Of a DNA stretch of 49,791 nt, positions 1 through 9,926 are shown piece after piece. The notes beneath the pieces were generated by a model. The model worked only from the letters and a program-made list of their open reading frames with translations. It was not told the origin of the DNA and ran no database searches. Every line of letters starts with the position of its first letter. The stretch's first letter is position 1. A program made the position numbers and the translations under genes. The DNA comes from an uncultured Nitrososphaeraceae archaeon (GTDB lineage Archaea > Thermoproteota > Nitrososphaeria > Nitrososphaerales > Nitrososphaeraceae). The DNA lies in assembly GCA_963837175.1 (NCBI GenBank), contig CAWIMJ010000043.1:1-49791 (forward strand), written 5' to 3'.

Positions 1-174
1 GATCGTTATTTATACACATGCCGTAAACTGGACACCATGAGAATTTTCTATTCTAGCATTTTGACGTAAATGGCTGAAAAATAAGGCTGGGGCTTTGTAG
101 TGTTTTTCTTCCTTTTTTTGTTATAGATAGCAAATCCAACTACTGCACTTTTTAATAATAATACTATTTGCTTC

Positions 175-795
175 TCATGTCTCTACAATTTGTGCTTCTT
201 TACGTTTCGTAATAGAAGCCTCAATTTCAGGCCATAGCTGCATGAGCACATCCGGAGCATTTGTTCTGATCCACTCAGCCATAGCTTTTTCTTCAGATAA
301 GCTTTGGTCTAGAACAGATATTGCATTAGTTATACCCATTTTTTCTACTAGCTGCATTAGCATGTCATAAAGTACAATTTCGGCATTTTCTATTACTGCA
401 TCCTCTTTAGCTCCCTTTAACTCCAACTCCGCAGAAGTCATCATTCTTCCGATCATCTTCGCCATTGTTTTAGTAGTCCAGGGAATGGGCAATTGTGCCT
501 TATCCTTTGTAGGATTTTTTCCACCTACATCTGAGATCAACTGCTTTAATCTGTTTTGTTGTTCTCTTGTCTCTTCTAAATGGAGTTGAAGTCTTTGTTT
601 TACACTTTCAATTTTTGTTTGCTTTATTCGCAATTTCAGCCTTTCTACTGCTGCATTTTCCAAAGATAAGGTCTCATTTAAGTACAAAGTTATCTTCTCG
701 CTTGGTGTAATTTCTTTTCCTTTTCTTGAGGATACATTCCTTCTTCTTATTCTTCCTTTTGTCTGTTTACTCTTATTTGCTTTATTCAGAACCAT
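175..795 (-). CDS. Ferritin-like stress protein (DUF892/YciE-YciF family)
   Basis: Four-helix carboxylate motifs LSLENAA, LQLHLEETREQQNRL, AVIENAEIVLYDML and SLSEEKAMA; basic N-terminal extension. Confidence 0.8.
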   Translation of the reverse strand: MVLNKANKSKQTKGRIRRRNVSSRKGKEITPSEKITLYLNETLSLENAAVERLKLRIKQTKIESVKQRLQLHLEETREQQNRLKQLISDVGGKNPTKDKAQLPIPWTTKTMAKMIGRMMTSAELELKGAKEDAVIENAEIVLYDMLMQLVEKMGITNAISVLDQSLSEEKAMAEWIRTNAPDVLMQLWPEIEASITKRKEAQIVET

Positions 796-1526
796 TTTTT
801 ATCGATCTGGACTCCATATCCTATATTAAATACTTTTGATGGTTAGCTAACTCTTTTTTCCAAAAAACTCGATATCTGTTAATATTAAAAAGTACATTGA
901 ACCTTTTTCAGCATTATGCAATGATGTCTATTCATGAAGAAGAAGGTCGTCTTTTGCATGATATGTTTTTTCTCAAATTACCTGTAAGATGATCAATCAT
1001 ACATATACTATAACTAAGCCGATTTAAATAAGATTAAAGATTAGGAGTGCCATTTATTGATTGGTTATATAAGACTGACGGTTGTCATTTATATTTGCTT
1101 ACCACTTTTCTGCCAGCCTCAAGAATCAACGAGTCTTGAGGAAAACTAAAAAAGATACTTATGGCATCAGTTTGCTATGTTTGTTGTTGTTTTTCTTCTT
1201 GGTTGGTTTTGATGTAAAAACAAGTGAAGTTTTTGTTATTTGTTAGACGCAAGAACTCTCGATTCTCTCGGACTTCCAGATGATTCGTCTTAGGAGAGTT
1301 ATCAAAACAATAATCATTTGAAAGACTCCAAAGGATAAGCAAATCCTTATAATATATCTCTACAGGGTAATAGAATCTATCAGATGGAAAGTAGTGGATA
1401 TTCATAAGAAATAGACAATAAGATAACCTCTTACATGGTTGGTTTCTCTGAAAATAATGATGATAACAGAATATTCTAGCAATATCTTAAATACTATCAT
1501 CGTCAACATTTAGTTAGTATGCTCTT

Positions 1527-1715
1527 ATGCAATCACCTAATAATCCTGGCAATGATGCAAGCAAGACAGAACAAATAGAAGAGCAAGAGAAGGAAGAAGA
1601 AGGCTCTTCAATATCAATACTCAATAATACGGCATCAACTTATTCTAAACTAACTGATAAAAAAATAAGAAAAAGGGTTAAACTCTATGCTAAACAGCCA
1701 AATCACAATACATAA
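1527..1715 (+). CDS. Hypothetical protein, possibly the frameshifted N-terminus of the next ORF
   Basis: ATG start after an AT-rich TATA-like element; E/Q-rich; overlaps 1687..2091 in another frame. Confidence 0.3.
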   Translation: MQSPNNPGNDASKTEQIEEQEKEEEGSSISILNNTASTYSKLTDKKIRKRVKLYAKQPNHNT

Positions 1716-2091
1716 AAAGATACAGTTATGGACAAATAGATATCAGAGCGAATTTGCATTAAGATTAGTAGATAACGCTACTGCAACAGATCAATCACAA
1801 CAAAATTTCCTTGCAGTTACAGAGCCTAAAGCAGACTATACTATAGTAGTAGCAGAAATCGATTATTTTGGTGATCTAAAGCATGGATGGGAGTATACCT
1901 TAAGACATTTATTAGAACAATATAAAGAAGAACTTCAAGCACAGTCTTTAGGAAAGATAAGCCTAAATAATAATAATAATAATAACGGAATTACTATTAA
2001 ACTGATTCCATATATTAAGTGTCATTATTGTGATTTAGAATTCAATAATGAAGAAGAAGAGAAAGAACATGAATTAGGATGCCATATTTAG
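1687..2091 (+). CDS. Hypothetical protein with C-terminal C2H2-type zinc finger
   Basis: CHYC-x12-H-x4-H at the C-terminus; poly-N tract from an AAT repeat. Confidence 0.55.
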   Translation: MLNSQITIHKKIQLWTNRYQSEFALRLVDNATATDQSQQNFLAVTEPKADYTIVVAEIDYFGDLKHGWEYTLRHLLEQYKEELQAQSLGKISLNNNNNNNGITIKLIPYIKCHYCDLEFNNEEEEKEHELGCHI

Positions 2092-2373
2092 CAAAAATTT
2101 GATTGCTCGTCAATTACCACTATATTATCAACGTAAGCAAATATAATACAATTCAAATTCTCAGAAAATTTTTTACATCATTTGATATTCTCATTATTCA
2201 TATTATTTATTTAGATTATAACTATTCTCTTAAACAGTATATCCACTTTACTTAAATAATGGAACAAAATTTTCATCTCAATCTATAACAGATTGAAAGA
2301 AGTATACTGCATATTATACTCATAAAAGGAACAGAAAATTAACTATAAAGTTGAGATAATTTGGAGATAGAGC

Positions 2374-3319
2374 AGACAGCGTCAAACTATACTTAACTTG
2401 TATAATTCTGGAATTACACCAGATATAATTGCAATGCAGCTAGACATTAGCAAAGACGAAGTTTATCAGGTTATAAAAAATAAAGTCAGTGAAGAAGAAA
2501 GAAAAAGGACATATGTCAAACAGCTTTCAAATACTTCTTCATTAGGTATGTTCTATCTTGATGCAGTAGTCAATATCGACTTAGTCATCAAACAAGCACA
2601 GGTTAGGATGTGGAAGGGTTTGAAAATAGAGAGTTTAATATCTCATAGAATGAGACACAGGATATTCTAGAGAGGTATAATAAATCTAAAGTTAATCTTG
2701 TAATTTTACATATTGATCTATTAGACTCAACCAGACTATCAATGACGCTACCTGCTGACAGATTTGTAACACTAATTCAGGCTTTTACTCAGGAAATGTC
2801 TCTTATCATAAAAGCTTATGGGGGATACATATTGAAGTATGTAGGCAATGCAATTACAGCTTTTTTCATTATTACTTCCGGTGATTTGTACTTACCTTGT
2901 ATCAATGCAGTGAATTGTGCATATGCTATGATTAGAGTAATACAGGAAGGCATCAATCCTATTCTAAATCAATACGACTATTCAGAAATGAGAGTAAGGG
3001 TTGGAATAGACGTTGGCGAGAATGCAGTAGTACAGTACGGATGGGACATACGAGTTTGATAATAAGCAGATAGTAAAAAAGCAGCATCTTGACATTTTGG
3101 GTTATCCTATTAGTATCGCAGGCTAAAATGAAAGCACTTGCAAGACCTGATCAAGTTATAGTAGGTCAATTAGTATATGATATGCTAGATAACAAACAAA
3201 AAAGCACATTTAATATATTGCTGATTAGTCCAGCTGTCTAGAATTACATTAGTAGTAGTACTGGAGATATTTACCGTCTATATGATAGTATAACCAAAGA
3301 CAATATAATATATACATAA
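2374..3319 (+). pseudogene. Class III adenylate/guanylate cyclase with N-terminal HTH, degraded
   Basis: Reconstructed across frames: LYNSGITPDIIAMQLDISKDEV (HTH)...VILHIDLLDSTRLS...LKYVGNAI...RVRVGIDVGE...HLDILGYPISIA/AKM...ARPDQVIVG. Several frameshifts, in-frame TAG stops, and the second catalytic Asp (GD) is replaced by Asn. Confidence 0.8.
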
Positions 3320-3591
3320 ATTCACAAATTTGAGCGCAGTAGCGAGTAATTACTTCATTACTGAGCATTTAATCTGTATTTGAGATCGGCGACGCCAGTC
3401 ATAGCAATAATCTGTCGTTATAAAATAATCTTCTTACTACTAGTCACAAATCATGTCTATATTTATAACTGGACCTCATTATAAGTAAGAATAGTAATTT
3501 CTTCTTTAATAATGATATATGACAACGTTTGTATGAGAGCATTAAGAAAGAACTTTATAGTAAGTATGATATCTTATATGAGGATTTTAAA

Positions 3592-3738
3592 ATGTACGTG
3601 CTTTGTAATTCATGTGGAAAGGAATTTAATGATTTAGTTAAAGGAGTACGATATTCAAGTATCTCGATGGGAAATCGGTTATTCTGTTCAGATAATTGTT
3701 GTAAAGACTACCTTAATGCAGCTGGCAAAAGTAAATAA
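3592..3738 (+). CDS. Small TRASH/MYM-type zinc-finger protein
   Basis: CNSCG-x~21-FCSDNC motif; ATG at 3592 preferred over the upstream TTG at 3529. Confidence 0.6.
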   Translation: MYVLCNSCGKEFNDLVKGVRYSSISMGNRLFCSDNCCKDYLNAAGKSK

Positions 3739-4313
3739 AATTATATAAAAATACTAAAGGCTTTTGATTGTTGTTGTTCTTTATTTAGAAATAATAATAA
3801 TAATAATCATTCAACTAACAACGATCTCTATAATACAAATCACTGTGAATTCCTATTATTATAAAAATAAGATAAAATTAGATTTACTTTATTAATGACA
3901 TACTTATTACTATTATCCATTATTAATTGTGTAGCATGAAATCAAACTTTTTGCATTAGTTGGATATACTTCATTACAAAAAACAGATTTGTTATATACC
4001 AATGATTTACCAATTCTTGGAGCATTTATGCCAAAATGAACTTTATTGAGATAGGTCATACACAAATGCTAATTATTACATTTTGAGCAGGTATGATGTT
4101 CCTCATCTTACTACATAGATCACATAGTCTTGTTGTTATTCAGAAGAACCTGTATTTTCATAAGTCAAGTAATTATTATTTGTTATAGGTTTTTGTATCA
4201 GTGCCATACATTTGCATTTGAAAAATACTGCATTGTCTTGTCATTAATTGACAGTGGCTTTGGTATCTTTATATTTGGCATAATTATCATTGATAAATTC
4301 CCTAATCTATTGC

Positions 4314-4577
4314 TTACTTCAAAATTATCCCAACCCTGAGCATAAGCCTCAGTAAGTTTATCCAGTTCATACATAGCATATTGTTGGCTGAAACTGTTTT
4401 AGCACGACCAACCAAGATATCAGCCTCATTTGTATCCATGACTCTTCTCATGACGTTATAGTGGAGTTTTCTCAATTCTACAAACATAATATTAGCAGTT
4501 TTCTTGGTAAGTTTGTGGGCAATGTCAATATCTACATCAGTAAAGTTAGGGACATTGCGAAATTGCTCCCAAATCAT
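4314..4577 (-). pseudogene. Hypothetical gene fragment, probably decayed
   Basis: 87-aa ORF that appears to continue in another frame (YELDKLTEAYAQGWDNFEV...) and then hits stops; no recognisable family. Confidence 0.3.
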
Positions 4578-4808
4578 GGTTGGTAAAATGGTAAAATAAC
4601 ATTTTTTGTGGCATCTAAACCAATTGATAAAAACCAGAGAAAGTAAGATTTATTGAGTGCAAGCATGAAAAATTATCGTGGAGAGCAAACGTTTGTTTTC
4701 TGTTGATGATTAATGCAGTATTTTGTTAGAAAAGATTTGCTAATTTAGGAAGACATTCTCCATTTCTGGAGCCACTTTGCGTTCTCTATTTGCTCATCTC
4801 TAAGTTTT

Positions 4809-5428
4809 TCAGCCAAATAATCCCTTTCTCTGTTTTTCTAATTGGTTTTTTAGCTGCTTAATATAGTCGATTAACGGTATATTTCTTTTGTATTCTTCAA
4901 GATTATCCATAGTTACATTGTAATGTTGTAGTACCTGAAGTTGTTTTATTTCTGCATCTTCTGTTTCTCCTTTCACTTTCTCCAGCTCAGACTTTTTTTG
5001 TTCGATATAATCGGGCAGATGTTCTACTGGAATTCCGAGATTCTTTGATAAAGCAGATACTTTGTTTATAATATTAATAAATTCTCCAGCTATTAACCGA
5101 CGCTTAAAACAGTGGATATTGATATTTTCAATGAAAGATTCTACCAGATCTTCACTCAAATCCATCTCATCTATTTTATTTTCTAGATCATAGAATCTAC
5201 AAGAATCGATAGATCCAAATCTTCATTCTTTAGGAGTAAAGCTACTTCTCTAAGTAAGTCAATATCAGGAATGTCTTTTTGTTTAGCGTCTTTTATGATA
5301 GGCCTTACAGTTCCAGCACCTATGTCATTATTTTTAGCAATTTGGTCTCTAGAGGTACTTGAAGCCATTGTTTAATGACTTGTTGTTTTATAGATTTTGG
5401 GGCTTTTGGTTCCTTCTATTAATCCCAT
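4809..5428 (-). pseudogene. N-terminal HTH plus coiled-coil protein, frameshifted
   Basis: Fragments KQQVIKQWLQ / SRDQIAKNNDIGAGTV (HTH) / PDIDLLREVALLLKNEDL / DEMDLSEDLVESFIENINIHCFKR join across frameshifts and are followed by a coiled coil. Confidence 0.6.
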
Positions 5429-5515
5429 ATCTTAAAAATTCTTACTAAGATTTTGCTTGAGTTATTGTTAACAATTTTATTTATTAAAATGCAAATGTTA
5501 TTTCAGCGTATATAT

Positions 5516-5559
5516 GCATCTGACGATTATCTGACCATCAAATGACGAGCATCTGACGA
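5516..5559. repeat. Four tandem imperfect 11-bp repeats (iteron/operator-like)
   Basis: gcatctgacga, ttatctgacca, tcaaatgacga, gcatctgacga; TGAC core at 5521, 5532, 5543 and 5554. Confidence 0.75.
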
Positions 5560-6218
5560 ACATTAGAAGGAGAGGGATAGTTATTTCAATATCAATACAA
5601 GAATTGTATAACCATAATATTATATTATAACCTTTTTTGATAAGCCATTATAATTAAATTGATCTATTATTGTTTTTAAGAATATGGTGATAGAAAAGGA
5701 ATTCAGTTATTTTAACTATCTTCTACCCCTACCTCAGTAAGAGTGTGGATGTGTGGAAGTATTACTCCTTTGATAGGACATTCGCTTCTGACTTTGTTTC
5801 CTTGAGTTTCGTTCTAATGCTGGATGCAATATATCATCTGATGTATCGAGACAAGAGTGACAGGCTTTTGGTAAAGAGGAATCAAACCTTCAGAATATAT
5901 CTGTATATTCGGTCAGCTGCTTTACTATAAGCTGATTGTCTCTTTGATAGTAACATTGTGAGTATAATAAGCGATTCATAATTCATAATTACTGTAGAAA
6001 GAAAAACCCTACTGTTATTGCTACATTAATTTTTGTATTTATGGCTGACTTCTACGTAATTATATGGTTAAAGTAGATATGAATATGTCAAAACTAGCAA
6101 AATATGAATTTTAAATGTATATTTTTTTTAACGATAAGCCATATTAACAACAAGTATTGAAAGTTGACAAACAGTTTTTTTAATAATTATTATCAAAAAT
6201 ATGTTAAATTATATTGAA

Positions 6219-6398
6219 TTAAATATCTCTAGACATTTTACGAGCAGTTCTCATATGTGAATCTCTTATATTGTCAGAATCAGATTTTGATTCTCCAGGT
6301 AAGGGTACTTGCCGTGGTTCTTCTCCTAATTGTCCATTAGTAGCATCATTTAGAGCCTGGTCCCGTTTTAGTGGTATATTCTTCCTTTCAGTACTCAT
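6219..6398 (-). CDS. Small hydrophilic hypothetical protein (59 aa; not in the ORF track)
   Basis: MSTERKNIPLKRDQALNDATNGQLGEEPRQVPLPGESKSDSDNIRDSHMRTARKMSRDI; GC content higher than flanks; TATA-like element upstream. Confidence 0.5.
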   Translation of the reverse strand: MSTERKNIPLKRDQALNDATNGQLGEEPRQVPLPGESKSDSDNIRDSHMRTARKMSRDI

Positions 6399-6575
6399 AT
6401 AAATATAGAATACACAATATTGTTAATATATATTCTGTAGATGATATTATCCAGCTAATCTTTGCATTTCCATTTTTCTATAACACTTATGGTGTTTATC
6501 AAGTTCTGTTTTATAAGCTGCCTTCCTTGTGACTCCTATGCCGGAGGAGGATTTTATGCTTACTAATAAGAGAGT

Positions 6576-6683
6576 TTATGCCTTTGGCTTATTTCGTTTA
6601 CGTCTCTCCTCTTTGGCATACTTTTTGCTTCCTGATCTCTGTGCACTGTAAGCATGGGTTTTATTCCCTTTACGATGAGCCAT
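6576..6683 (-). CDS. Very small basic protein (35 aa; not in the ORF track)
   Basis: MAHRKGNKTHAYSAQRSGSKKYAKEERRKRNKPKA; TATATAT about 26-33 nt upstream of the ATG. Confidence 0.5.
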   Translation of the reverse strand: MAHRKGNKTHAYSAQRSGSKKYAKEERRKRNKPKA

Positions 6684-6869
6684 CAATTACATAAGCAAAC
6701 TAAGAGAAATATATATGCTATTGGATTATGGTTATTCATTTAGTTAAGCAGATCTATTTTTCTATTATTTGTTATAGATCATAAAATCTTGGAAAGCTAT
6801 TTTACTAGATTCAGGTTTATATTGCGATAGATAAATAACAATTAAATTTCACTAAAGATAATGTAGAAA

Positions 6870-7031
6870 GTGGATAAATCTAAAAAGTGTATCCAAAACC
6901 AGCATGGTTTATGTGAAGGAGACATAATAGAAATTATCAATGGTTCAAAAACAACAAAAATTTGCGAATGTCAATGTCATAACAATATGTATCAACTAGT
7001 CCGAAGAATGCAGGCTGTAAATGGTCAGTGA
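6870..7031 (+). CDS. Small Cys/His-rich metal-binding protein (53 aa; not in the ORF track)
   Basis: GTG start; DKSKKCIQNQHGLCEG...ICECQCH gives a C-x4-H-x2-C...CxCxCH motif. Confidence 0.6.
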   Translation: MDKSKKCIQNQHGLCEGDIIEIINGSKTTKICECQCHNNMYQLVRRMQAVNGQ

Positions 7032-7131
7032 TAATTCATATAATTATGCTTAAATGATTTTAGACATGCTTCTCCTTCATTTCTAGGATTGTAATCAATA
7101 TTTATATTCGTAAAGTATAATATCATTTTTT

Positions 7132-8076
7132 ATGTCTAAAGAATCTGATCAGGATGATTATTATGAGTTGCAGATAGTTGATAGAGTTAAGGAGACACCT
7201 GATACATATACGTATAGTTTTTCTCCGACTACTCCATCCCAGAAGTTTAGATTTAGTGTAGGACAATTTGTGACCATAAATGCATTCCTTAGACGACCAA
7301 CCGCATCAGGCAAATTTGAGGAGAGTTTAGTTCAGCGAGCTTATTCAATAGCATCATCGCCCACTAGAGATTTGGTTGAGCTGACAATCAAAGATGAGAA
7401 GCCTTATGATTATATTAATCCTATTACTGGCAAGGCTGATGGATTCTCAGCTTATTTCTTTGAACAGACCAAAGTAGGAGATAAGATAAAAGTGAAATTA
7501 AATTCGAGCAAAGATCATTTTCTTTCCAAGATTGATGCTGGAACTGAGAAGAATATTGCTTACTGGTCAGGTTTTAATGGAGCAGAATCTGCTAGATCTT
7601 TGATTCAATATATAGAAGATATCAGGGATCCAGAAATTTATCTTACACTTTTTTACAGTAATCCTAAATTATATGTAGATGAAGACGAGAGGACTATAAA
7701 CGTAATTTATTATGATTGGTTAATTGAAAAGGCCAAGAAAATCGAGAATTTTAAAATCGTCTTTACTTTTACAAGGCAAGAGGAGCCAGCTCTTTCATCT
7801 GATCATCCTAGAATCGTCTATAGGAAGGGAAGATTCTTTGTAGGTCCTAATGGAGAAGTGGAAAGAACACTCATGAAATATCACGGTAACACAGATTCGT
7901 CTTATAATCCTATATGTGGAAGTAGTGGTTTTATTAATGGCATTGTTAAGTTACCTAATGGAAAGATAGAAAAAGGTAGGGGAATAATGCAAGATTTAAT
8001 AGAAATAGAGGGTGTAAAACCAGAAAAAATTGATAAAGAACAGTATTATCTACAGGTTGTCGGTGCTCATAAATAG
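7132..8076 (+). CDS. FAD-binding oxidoreductase, ferredoxin-NAD(P)+ reductase-like
   Basis: FSVGQFV, RAYSIASSP (RxYS flavin motif), GFSAYF, ICGSSGF. Confidence 0.8.
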   Translation: MSKESDQDDYYELQIVDRVKETPDTYTYSFSPTTPSQKFRFSVGQFVTINAFLRRPTASGKFEESLVQRAYSIASSPTRDLVELTIKDEKPYDYINPITGKADGFSAYFFEQTKVGDKIKVKLNSSKDHFLSKIDAGTEKNIAYWSGFNGAESARSLIQYIEDIRDPEIYLTLFYSNPKLYVDEDERTINVIYYDWLIEKAKKIENFKIVFTFTRQEEPALSSDHPRIVYRKGRFFVGPNGEVERTLMKYHGNTDSSYNPICGSSGFINGIVKLPNGKIEKGRGIMQDLIEIEGVKPEKIDKEQYYLQVVGAHK

Positions 8077-8237
8077 TGATGAATACTTACCTTAGCAAGA
8101 GAAGTTTTGAGTATCAATAAAAGAGAGAAGAAACAATAGTCTCTTGAGCAATTATCAAAGAAACTATTCATTATTAGAACCATTATATATCAATCAACAA
8201 AAGAAACATCTATTGATTATCCTTCATTTTTATATAT

Positions 8238-8501
8238 TTATTCAATTCTAGTTTTCTTTTTTAGTTCCATTATTTTTTGTTTTGATTCCTCCAAGAGTCT
8301 AAGCGAAGTATCAATAAATATATGAATATCACTTTCACTCAAACCATTCTTGCGATAGTCTCTAACTACTGCCTCTACTGATCCAAAATATACTCCAACA
8401 AGAGCAATAATGACAGCGTGTTCGTCTGGCTTATTCTTTTCCAGATAATCAATAATATATTTTGATATTTGCATTGTTACATCGATTTGGTCTTTGCTCA
8501 T
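8238..8501 (-). CDS. Hypothetical protein
   Basis: 87-aa helical ORF with ATG start and plausible composition. Confidence 0.5.
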   Translation of the reverse strand: MSKDQIDVTMQISKYIIDYLEKNKPDEHAVIIALVGVYFGSVEAVVRDYRKNGLSESDIHIFIDTSLRLLEESKQKIMELKKKTRIE

Positions 8502-9222
8502 TCTTTATTTCCCTGCTATTATTCTTAATAGCTTTCAGATAAGAATGTTCAATTTAACGTTTGTGTAGAATATTTGTATAGAATATTGTATATATTTATA
8601 GGATGTGCAACAGGTAATTAAACCAAGGCATTAATTTCTCTCGACAATATTAAACCCTACAGATCTGTAAATATGAAATGGCGGCAAATCACATAAAGAG
8701 GGACATATTCACTGATTTTTTAACTCAATCAAAGTATATTGATACAAAAATTGTGTATACAATACTACTAAACAGAGAACTTCTTTATTTGACAATATTT
8801 TTTTTCCGCCTCTGAAGTCTTTCTTTTTCCAAGTTACACATCCGCGCTAACCTAATCAGCAGTAATGGTAGGTATTTGTTATTCTTGTTCATTTCTGCTT
8901 TAGTAGTTGCATTTGTGCATAACCATGCATCCAATAATACTGGACGTGGATTTTCAGATTGACTATTTGCTAGGAAAACAGAAGATGACCCACTTAATAT
9001 TGCTATTGATATATTAGCTCTGACTACCGTGGACTATGTTTTTTATTCATCTTAATAGATAATCTTAATAGGTAATGTGTGAGAAAGATTTATCACAATT
9101 TTTAATACAGCATTCTAAAAAGATTATGTATCCTCACTAAATGTATAGTTTGCAGTAATTAACACCTTAGGATGAACAAATGAACAACATTGCTTAATAA
9201 AATATGATAGAAAACCACAATC

Positions 9223-9897
9223 ATGATATACTATGAAGTAATGGTTTCTATATTATTAGCTTTAGTTGTAATGTCCTTAACCCATGTTACTAGTTCAATG
9301 ACAAATGCAGTAAGTCAGGGTCTTAATACAACCAGCAACACGACTATTGAAGATAGAATTGAAACGATAATGGGCAACAGAATTACTAATTTGATGGATG
9401 ACACAATCGATATGATAAAAAATGCCAATACCACAGTGATTACTAATCAATCTGAAAACGGAATCAGTTCAGTAACAAACGTTACAGATGTTAATAAAGT
9501 TGGCGTAAAAAGTATAGACAAATTAGGAAAATCGACGGGAAAAAATACTGCTTTAGATCTAGGCAATAATAGTAGCATAGATAGTCCCAATGCTTCCATG
9601 TCATTAGAAGAAATGGAAAAATCTCCAGAAAATGCCACTATCAATAAACAAGGTACAACAGCCTTTGAAGGGCAGAACATTTCTTCTCCTTCTACGGTTA
9701 ATACAACTGAAAATACATCATCAGATATCAATCAGAAGATTATAAATAATAATACAGGAACACATACAATATTAGATGCAGATAATAATAAAACTTTGGC
9801 GGCTAAAACAACCAATAAACAAACAAGTAGAAACGATGTAGAAAATTTCTTTACTCAAATCGGCAAAGCAGTCAAGAAATTCTTTGGTGACAATTGA
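9223..9897 (+). CDS. Secreted or membrane-anchored N/T/S-rich hypothetical protein
   Basis: Hydrophobic N-terminus VMVSILLALVVMSL, low-complexity body, amphipathic C-terminal FFTQIGKAVKKFFG. Confidence 0.65.
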   Translation: MIYYEVMVSILLALVVMSLTHVTSSMTNAVSQGLNTTSNTTIEDRIETIMGNRITNLMDDTIDMIKNANTTVITNQSENGISSVTNVTDVNKVGVKSIDKLGKSTGKNTALDLGNNSSIDSPNASMSLEEMEKSPENATINKQGTTAFEGQNISSPSTVNTTENTSSDINQKIINNNTGTHTILDADNNKTLAAKTTNKQTSRNDVENFFTQIGKAVKKFFGDN

Positions 9898-9926
9898 CGG
9901 AATTTCGTTGGATGGAATTTCAAATA

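Noticed and set aside
1175-1405. 76-aa minus-strand ORF
   Set aside because: No motif and atypical composition; probably spurious or decayed.
2368-3242. Repeated in-frame TAG stops in the cyclase, suggesting amber recoding
   Set aside because: The same gene has frameshifts and a catalytic mutation, and TAG terminates intact genes in this window (for example tes and the enoyl-CoA hydratase).
5745-5930. 61-aa ORF in a moderately GC-rich patch
   Set aside because: No recognisable protein or RNA structure on either strand.
8900-9050. Possible alpha/beta-hydrolase remnant (ENPRPVLL/MHGYAQ) on the minus strand
   Set aside because: Too short and disrupted to support a call.
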